Of a DNA stretch of 49,073 nt, positions 38,801 through 49,073 are shown in pieces (the stretch's first letter is position 1; every line of letters starts with the position of its first letter). The stretch is from positions 62,001-111,073 of the forward strand of contig JASTWF010001162.1 of NCBI GenBank assembly GCA_030390025.1, read 5' to 3'. The translations under genes were made by a program, and so were the position numbers. This DNA comes from Squalus acanthias (lineage: Eukaryota). A model generated the notes under the pieces. That model worked only from the letters and a program-made list of their open reading frames with translations, was not told where the DNA came from and made no database searches.

Positions 38801-41800
38801 TACAGACACACAGTGATACAGAGCACGGAGAGAGTTCACAAACCTGAACATGGTGGGATTACAGACACACAGTGATACAGAGCACGGAGAGAGTTCACAA
38901 ACCTGAACATGGTGGGATTACAGACACACAGTGATACAGAGCACGGAGAGAGTTCACAAACCTGAACATGGTGGGGATTACAGACACACAGTGATACAGA
39001 GCACGGAGAGAGTTCACAAACCTGAACATGGTGAGGATTACAGACACACAGTGATACAGAGCACGGAGAGAGTTCACAAACCTGAACATGGTGGGGATTA
39101 CAGACACACAGTGATACAGAGCACGGAGAGAGTTCACAAACCTGAACATGGTGGGATTACAGACACACAGTGATACAGAGCACGGAGAGAGTTCACAAAC
39201 CTGAACATGGTGGGGATTACAGACACACAGTGATAGAGAGCACGGAGAGAGTTCACAAACCTGAACATGGTGGGGATTACAGACACACAGTGATAGAGAG
39301 CACGGAGAGAGTTCACAAACCTGAACATGGTGGGGATTACAGACACACAGTGATACAGAGCACGGAGAGAGTTCACAAACCTGAACATGGTGGGGATTAC
39401 AGACACACAGTGATACAGAGCACGGAGAGAGTTCACAAACCTGAACATGGTGGGATTACAGACACACAGTGATACAGAGCACGGAGAGAGTTCACAAACC
39501 TGAACATGGTGGGGATTACAGACACAGTGATACAGAGCACGGAGAGAGTTCACAAACCTGAACATGGTGGGGATTACAGACACAGTGATACAGAGCACGG
39601 AGAGAGTTCACAAACCTGAACATGGTGAGGATTACAGACACACAGTGATACAGAGCACGGAGAGAGTTCACAAACCTGAACATGGTGGGATTACAGACAC
39701 ACAGTGATACAGAGCACGGAGAGAGTTCACAAACCTGAACATGGTGGGGATTACAGACACACAGTGATACAGAGCACGGAGAGAGTTCACAAACCTGAAC
39801 ATGGTGGGGATTACAGACACACAGTGATACAGAGCACGGAGAGAGTTCACAAACCTGAACATGGTGGGGATTACAGACACACAGTGATACAGAGCACGGA
39901 GAGAGTTCACAAACCTGAACATGGTGGGGATTACAGACACACAGTGATACAGAGCACGGAGAGAGTTCACAAACCTGAACATGGTGGGGATTACAGACAC
40001 ACAGTGATACAGAGCACGGAGAGAGTTCACAAACCTGAACATGGTGAGGATTACAGACACACAGTGATACAGAGCACGGAGAGAGTTCACAAACCTGAAC
40101 ATGGTGGGGATTACAGACACACAGTGATACAGAGCACGGAGAGAGTTCACAAACCTGAACATGGTGGGGATTACAGACACACAGTGATACAGAGCACGGA
40201 GAGAGTTCACAAACCTGAACATGGTGGGGATTACAGACACACAGTGATACAGAGCACGGAGAGAGTTCACAAACCTGAACATGGTGAGGATTACAGACAC
40301 ACAGTGATAGAGAGCACGGAGAGAGTTCACAAACCTGAACATGGTGAGGATTACAGACACACAGTGATACAGAGCACGGAGAGAGTTCACAAACCTGAAC
40401 ATGGTGGGATTACAGACACACAGTGATACAGAGCACGGAGAGAGTTCACAAACCTGAACATGGTGGGGATTACAGACACACAGTGATACAGAGCACGGAG
40501 AGAGTTCACAAACCTGAACATGGTGGGGATTACAGACACACAGTGATACAGAGCACGGAGAGAGTTCACAAACCTGAACATGGTGGGGATTACAGACACA
40601 CAGTGATACAGAGCACGGAGAGAGTTCACAAACCTGAACATGGTGGGATTACAGACACACAGTGATACAGAGCACGGAGAGAGTTCACAAACCTGAACAT
40701 GGTGGGGATTACAGACACACAGTGATACAGAGCACGGAGAGAGTTCACAAACCTGAACATGGTGGGGATTACAGACACACAGTGATACAGAGCACGGAGA
40801 GAGTTCACAAACCTGAACATGGTGGGGATTACAGACACACAGTGATACAGAGCACGGAGAGAGTTCACAAACCTGAACATGGTGGGGATTACAGACACAC
40901 AGTGATACAGAGCACGGAGAGAGTTCACAAACCTGAACATGGTGAGGATTACAGACACACAGTGATACAGAGCACGGAGAGAGTTCACAAACCTGAACAT
41001 GGTGAGGATTACAGACACACAGTGATACAGAGCACGGAGAGAGTTCACAAACCTGAACATGGTGGGGATTACAGACACACAGTGATACAGAGCACGGAGA
41101 GAGTTCACAAACCTGAACATGGTGGGGATTACAGACACACAGTGATACAGAGCACGGAGAGAGTTCACAAACCTGAACATGGTGGGATTACAGACACACA
41201 GTGATACAGAGCACGGAGAGAGTTCACAAACCTGAACATGGTGGGGATTACAGACACACAGTGATACAGAGCACGGAGAGAGTTCACAAACCTGAACATG
41301 GTGAGGATTACAGACACACAGTGATACAGAGCACGGAGAGAGTTCACAAACCTGAACATGGTGGGGATTACAGACACACAGTGATACAGAGCACGGAGAG
41401 AGTTCACAAACCTGAACATGGTGGGGATTACAGACACACAGTGATACAGAGCACGGAGAGAGTTCACAAACCTGAACATGGTGGGATTACAGACACACAG
41501 TGATACAGAGCACGGAGAGAGTTCACAAACCTGAACATGGTGGGGATTACAGACACACAGTGATACAGAGCACGGAGAGAGTTCACAAACCTGAACATGG
41601 TGGGGATTACAGACACACAGTGATAGAGAGCACGGAGAGAGTTCACAAACCTGAACATGGTGGGGATTACAGACACACAGTGATACAGAGCACGGAGAGA
41701 GTTCACAAACCTGAACATGGTGGGATTACAGACACACAGTGATACAGAGCACGGAGAGAGTTCACAAACCTGAACATGGTGGGGATTACAGACACACAGT

Positions 41801-44800
41801 GATACAGAGCACGGAGAGAGTTCACAAACCTGAACATGGTGGGGATTACAGACACACAGTGATACAGAGCACGGAGAGAGTTCACAAACCTGAACATGGT
41901 GAGGATTACAGACACACAGTGATACAGAGCACGGAGAGAGTTCACAAACCTGAACATGGTGGGATTACAGACACACAGTGATACAGAGCACGGAGAGAGT
42001 TCACAAACCTGAACATGGTGGGGATTACAGACACACAGTGATACAGAGCACGGAGAGAGTTCACAAACCTGAACATGGTGGGGATTACAGACACACAGTG
42101 ATACAGAGCACGGAGAGAGTTCACAAACCTGAACATGGTGGGGATTACAGACACACAGTGATACAGAGCACGGAGAGAGTTCACAAACCTGAACATGGTG
42201 GGGATTACAGACACACAGTGATACAGAGCACGGAGAGAGTTCACAAACCTGAACATGGTGGGGATTACAGACACACAGTGATACAGAGCACGGAGAGAGT
42301 TCACAAACCTGAACATGGTGGGGATTACAGACACACAGTGATACAGAGCACGGAGAGAGTTCACAAACCTGAACATGGTGGGGATTACAGACACACAGTG
42401 ATACAGAGCACGGAGAGAGTTCACAAACCTGAACATGGTGAGGATTACAGACACACAGTGATACAGAGCACGGAGAGAGTTCACAAACCTGAACATGGTG
42501 GGGATTACAGACACACAGTGATACAGAGCACGGAGAGAGTTCACAAACCTGAACATGGTGAGGATTACAGACACACAGTGATAGAGAGCACGGAGAGAGT
42601 TCACAAACCTGAACATGGTGAGGATTACAGACACACAGTGATACAGAGCACGGAGAGAGTTCACAAACCTGAACATGGTGGGATTACAGACACACAGTGA
42701 TACAGAGCACGGAGAGAGTTCACAAACCTGAACATGGTGGGGATTACAGACACACAGTGATACAGAGCACGGAGAGAGTTCACAAACCTGAACATGGTGG
42801 GGATTACAGACACACAGTGATACAGAGCACGGAGAGAGTTCACAAACCTGAACATGGTGGGGATTACAGACACAGTGATACAGAGCACGGAGAGAGTTCA
42901 CAAACCTGAACATGGTGGGGATTACAGACACACAGTGATACAGAGCACGGAGAGAGTTCACAAACCTGAACATGGTGGGGATTACAGACACACAGTGATA
43001 GAGAGCACGGAGAGAGTTCACAAACCTGAACATGGTGGGGATTACAGACACACAGTGATACAGAGCACGGAGAGAGTTCACAAACCTGAACATGGTGGGG
43101 ATTACAGACACACAGTGATACAGAGCACGGAGAGAGTTCACAAACCTGAACATGGTGGGGATTACAGACACACAGTGATACAGAGCACGGAGAGAGTTCA
43201 CAAACCTGAACATGGTGAGGATTACAGACACACAGTGATACAGAGCACGGAGAGAGTTCACAAACCTGAACATGGTGGGATTACAGACACACAGTGATAC
43301 AGAGCACGGAGAGAGTTCACAAACCTGAACATGGTGGGGATTACAGACACACAGTGATACAGAGCACGGAGAGAGTTCACAAACCTGAACATGGTGGGGA
43401 TTACAGACACACAGTGATACAGAGCACGGAGAGAGTTCACAAACCTGAACATGGTGAGGATTACAGACACACAGTGATACAGAGCACGGAGAGAGTTCAC
43501 AAACCTGAACATGGTGGGGATTACAGACACACAGTGATACAGAGCACGGAGAGAGTTCACAAACCTGAACATGGTGAGGATTACAGACACACAGTGATAC
43601 AGAGCACGGAGAGAGTTCACAAACCTGAACATGGTGGGGATTACAGACACACAGTGATACAGAGCACGGAGAGAGTTCACAAACCTGAACATGGTGGGGA
43701 TTACAGACACAGTGATACAGAGCACGGAGAGAGTTCACAAACCTGAACATGGTGGGGATTACAGACACAGTGATACAGAGCACGGAGAGAGTTCACAAAC
43801 CTGAACATGGTGGGGATTACAGACACAGTGATACAGAGCACGGAGAGAGTTCACAAACCTGAACATGGTGGGGATTACAGACACACAGTGATACAGAGCA
43901 CGGAGAGAGTTCACAAACCTGAACATGGTGGGATTACAGACACACAGTGATACAGAGCACGGAGAGAGTTCACAAACCTGAACATGGTGGGGATTACAGA
44001 CACACAGTGATACAGAGCACGGAGAGAGTTCACAAACCTGAACATGGTGGGGATTACAGACACACAGTGATACAGAGCACGGAGAGAGTTCACAAACCTG
44101 AACATGGTGGGGATTACAGACACACAGTGATACAGAGCACGGAGAGAGTTCACAAACCTGAACATGGTGGGGATTACAGACACACAGTGATACAGAGCAC
44201 GGAGAGAGTTCACAAACCTGAACATGGTGGGGATTACAGACACACAGTGATACAGAGCACGGAGAGAGTTCACAAACCTGAACATGGTGGGGATTACAGA
44301 CACACAGTGATACAGAGCACGGAGAGAGTTCACAAACCTGAACATGGTGGGGATTACAGACACACAGTGATACAGAGCACGGAGAGAGTTCACAAACCTG
44401 AACATGGTGGGGATTACAGACACACAGTGATACAGAGCACGGAGAGAGTTCACAAACCTGAACATGGTGGGGATTACAGACACACAGTGATACAGAGCAC
44501 GGAGAGAGTTCACAAACCTGAACATGGTGGGGATTACAGACACACAGTGATACAGAGCACGGAGAGAGTTCACAAACCTGAACATGGTGGGGATTACAGA
44601 CACACAGTGATACAGAGCACGGAGAGAGTTCACAAACCTGAACATGGTGGGGATTACAGACACACAGTGATACAGAGCACGGAGAGAGTTCACAAACCTG
44701 AACATGGTGAGGATTACAGACACACAGTGATACAGAGCACGGAGAGAGTTCACAAACCTGAACATGGTGGGGATTACAGACACACAGTGATACAGAGCAC

Positions 44801-47800
44801 GGAGAGAGTTCACAAACCTGAACATGGTGAGGATTACAGACACACAGTGATAGAGAGCACGGAGAGAGTTCACAAACCTGAACATGGTGAGGATTACAGA
44901 CACACAGTGATACAGAGCACGGAGAGAGTTCACAAACCTGAACATGGTGGGATTACAGACACACAGTGATACAGAGCACGGAGAGAGTTCACAAACCTGA
45001 ACATGGTGGGGATTACAGACACACAGTGATACAGAGCACGGAGAGAGTTCACAAACCTGAACATGGTGGGGATTACAGACACACAGTGATACAGAGCACG
45101 GAGAGAGTTCACAAACCTGAACATGGTGGGATTACAGACACACAGTGATACAGAGCACGGAGAGAGTTCACAAACCTGAACATGGTGAGGATTACAGACA
45201 CACAGTGATACAGAGCACGGAGAGAGTTCACAAACCTGAACATGGTGGGGATTACAGACACACAGTGATACAGAGCACGGAGAGAGTTCACAAACCTGAA
45301 CATGGTGGGATTACAGACACACAGTGATACAGAGCACGGAGAGAGTTCACAAACCTGAACATGGTGGGGATTACAGACACACAGTGATACAGAGCACGGA
45401 GAGAGTTCACAAACCTGAACATGGTGGGGATTACAGACACACAGTGATACAGAGCACGGAGAGAGTTCACAAACCTGAACATGGTGAGGATTACAGACAC
45501 ACAGTGATACAGAGCACGGAGAGAGTTCACAAACCTGAACATGGTGAGGATTACAGACACACAGTGATACAGAGCACGGAGAGAGTTCACAAACCTGAAC
45601 ATGGTGGGGATTACAGACACACAGTGATACAGAGCACGGAGAGAGTTCACAAACCTGAACATGGTGGGGATTACAGACACACAGTGATACAGAGCACGGA
45701 GAGAGTTCACAAACCTGAACATGGTGAGGATTACAGACACACAGTGATACAGAGCACGGAGAGAGTTCACAAACCTGAACATGGTGGGGATTACAGACAC
45801 ACAGTGATACAGAGCACGGAGAGAGTTCACAAACCTGAACATGGTGAGGATTACAGACACACAGTGATACAGAGCACGGAGAGAGTTCACAAACCTGAAC
45901 ATGGTGGGGATTACAGACACACAGTGATACAGAGCACGGAGAGAGTTCACAAACCTGAACATGGTGGGGATTACAGACACACAGTGATACAGAGCACGGA
46001 GAGAGTTCACAAACCTGAACATGGTGGGGATTACAGACACACAGTGATACAGAGCACGGAGAGAGTTCACAAACCTGAACATGGTGGGGATTACAGACAC
46101 AGTGATACAGAGCACGGAGAGAGTTCACAAACCTGAACATGGTGGGGATTACAGACACACAGTGATACAGAGCACGGAGAGAGTTCACAAACCTGAACAT
46201 GGTGGGGATTACAGACACACAGTGATACAGAGCACGGAGAGAGTTCACAAACCTGAACATGGTGGGGATTACAGACACACAGTGATACAGAGCACGGAGA
46301 GAGTTCACAAACCTGAACATGGTGGGGATTACAGACACACAGTGATACAGAGCACGGAGAGAGTTCACAAACCTGAACATGGTGGGGATTACAGACACAC
46401 AGTGATACAGAGCACGGAGAGAGTTCACAAACCTGAACATGGTGGGGATTACAGACACACAGTGATACAGAGCACGGAGAGAGTTCACAAACCTGAACAT
46501 GGTGGGATTACAGACACACAGTGATACAGAGCACGGAGAGAGTTCACAAACCTGAACATGGTGGGGATTACAGACACACAGTGATACAGAGCACGGAGAG
46601 AGTTCACAAACCTGAACATGGTGGGGATTACAGACACACAGTGATACAGAGCACGGAGAGAGTTCACAAACCTGAACATGGTGGGATTACAGACACACAG
46701 TGATACAGAGCACGGAGAGAGTTCACAAACCTGAACATGGTGGGGATTACAGACACACAGTGATACAGAGCACGGAGAGAGTTCACAAACCTGAACATGG
46801 TGGGGATTACAGACACACAGTGATACAGAGCACGGAGAGAGTTCACAAACCTGAACATGGTGGGGATTACAGACACACAGTGATACAGAGCACGGAGAGA
46901 GTTCACAAACCTGAACATGGTGGGGATTACAGACACACAGTGATACAGAGCACGGAGAGAGTTCACAAACCTGAACATGGTGGGGATTACAGACACACAG
47001 TGATACAGAGCACGGAGAGAGTTCACAAACCTGAACATGGTGGGGATTACAGACACACAGTGATACAGAGCACGGAGAGAGTTCACAAACCTGAACATGG
47101 TGGGGATTACAGACACACAGTGATACAGAGCACGGAGAGAGTTCACAAACCTGAACATGGTGGGGATTACAGACACACAGTGATACAGAGCACGGAGAGA
47201 GTTCACAAACCTGAACATGGTGGGATTACAGACACACAGTGATACAGAGCACGGAGAGAGTTCACAAACCTGAACATGGTGGGATTACAGACACACAGTG
47301 ATACAGAGCACGGAGAGAGTTCACAAACCTGAACATGGTGGGATTACAGACACACAGTGATACAGAGCACGGAGAGAGTTCACAAACCTGAACATGGTGG
47401 GGATTACAGACACACAGTGATACAGAGCACGGAGAGAGTTCACAAACCTGAACATGGTGGGGATTACAGACACACAGTGATACAGAGCACGGAGAGAGTT
47501 CACAAACCTGAACATGGTGGGGATTACAGACACACAGTGATACAGAGCACGGAGAGAGTTCACAAACCTGAACATGGTGGGATTACAGACACACAGTGAT
47601 ACAGAGCACGGAGAGAGTTCACAAACCTGAACATGGTGGGATTACAGACACACAGTGATACAGAGCACGGAGAGAGTTCACAAACCTGAACATGGTGGGG
47701 ATTACAGACACACAGTGATACAGAGCACGGAGAGAGTTCACAAACCTGAACATGGTGGGGATTACAGACACACAGTGATACAGAGCACGGAGAGAGTTCA

Positions 47801-49073
47801 CAAACCTGAACATGGTGGGGATTACAGACACACAGTGATACAGAGCACGGAGAGAGTTCACAAACCTGAACATGGTGGGGATTACAGACACACAGTGATA
47901 CAGAGCACGGAGAGAGTTCACAAACCTGAACATGGTGGGGATTACAGACACACAGTGATACAGAGCACGGAGAGAGTTCACAAACCTGAACATGGTGGGG
48001 ATTACAGACACACAGTGATACAGAGCACGGAGAGAGTTCACAAACCTGAACATGGTGGGGATTACAGACACACAGTGATACAGAGCACGGAGAGAGTTCA
48101 CAAACCTGAACATGGTGGGGATTACAGACACACAGTGATACAGAGCACGGAGAGAGTTCACAAACCTGAACATGGTGGGGATTACAGACACACAGTGATA
48201 CAGAGCACGGAGAGAGTTCACAAACCTGAACATGGTGGGGATTACAGACACACAGTGATACAGAGCACGGAGAGAGTTCACAAACCTGAACATGGTGAGG
48301 ATTACAGACACACAGTGATACAGAGCACGGAGAGAGTTCACAAACCTGAACATGGTGGGGATTACAGACACACAGTGATACAGAGCACGGAGAGAGTTCA
48401 CAAACCTGAACATGGTGGGGATTACAGACACACAGTGATACAGAGCACGGAGAGAGTTCACAAACCTGAACATGGTGGGATTACAGACACACAGTGATAC
48501 AGAGCACGGAGAGAGTTCACAAACCTGAACATGGTGGGGATTACAGACACACAGTGATACAGAGCACGGAGAGAGTTCACAAACCTGAACATGGTGAGGA
48601 TTACAGACACACAGTGATACAGAGCACGGAGAGAGTTCACAAACCTGAACATGGTGGGATTACAGACACACAGTGATAGAGAGCACGGAGAGAGTTCACA
48701 AACCTGAACATGGTGGGGATTACAGACACACAGTGATACAGAGCACGGAGAGAGTTCACAAACCTGAACATGGTGGGGATTACAGACACACAGTGATACA
48801 GAGCACGGAGAGAGTTCACAAACCTGAACATGGTGGGGATTACAGACACACAGTGATACAGAGCACGGAGAGAGTTCACAAACCTGAACATGGTGGGATT
48901 ACAGACACACAGTGATACAGAGCACGGAGAGAGTTCACAAACCTGAACATGGTGGGGATTACAGACACACAGTGATACAGAGCACGGAGAGAGTTCACAA
49001 ACCTGAACATGGTGGGGATTACAGACACACAGTGATACAGAGCACGGAGAGAGTTCACAAACCTGAACATGGT
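11785..49073 (+). repeat. RSS-derived 60-bp tandem satellite, about 620 head-to-tail copies, continuing past the window end
   Basis: Consensus CACAGTG-ATACAGAGCACGGAGAGAGT-TCACAAACC-TGAACATGGTGGGGATTACAGACA, colinear with the V RSS and its 3' flank. Copy number is estimated as length divided by about 60. Confidence 0.97.

Noticed and set aside
11785-49073. CRISPR-like repeat-spacer array
   Set aside because: There are no unique spacers, no cas genes, and the context is vertebrate.
11848-49073. Canonical 12/23 recombination within the array
   Set aside because: No CAC in the unit, on either strand, has a plausible nonamer at 12 bp, and all RSS-like units face the same way.

Overview
Eukaryotic window, almost certainly from a cartilaginous fish (shark-type CR1 LINEs, a Deu-domain SINE and NAR-type V sequence), within the T-cell receptor delta locus. 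Bases 1-11.8 kb hold one NAR-TCR cassette on the + strand, embedded in CR1, SINE, Penelope-like and LTR-like debris and minisatellites. The cassette has a broken IgNAR-like V with an intact 22-bp-spacer RSS, a J with a 12-RSS and splice donor, and an intact leaderless supporting TCR-delta V with a CDR1 cysteine and a 23-RSS. From that V's RSS (11785) to the window end, over 37 kb is a head-to-tail array of about 620 copies of a 60-bp unit that is itself a copy of the RSS plus 24 bp of flank. Most copies keep a perfect CACAGTG heptamer and a 7/9 nonamer, but are 3 bp shorter than the founder RSS. This RSS satellite is the main candidate for an undescribed system. The long repetitive ORFs across the array are best explained by its 60-bp period. 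Family assignments come from motif recognition, not database searches.
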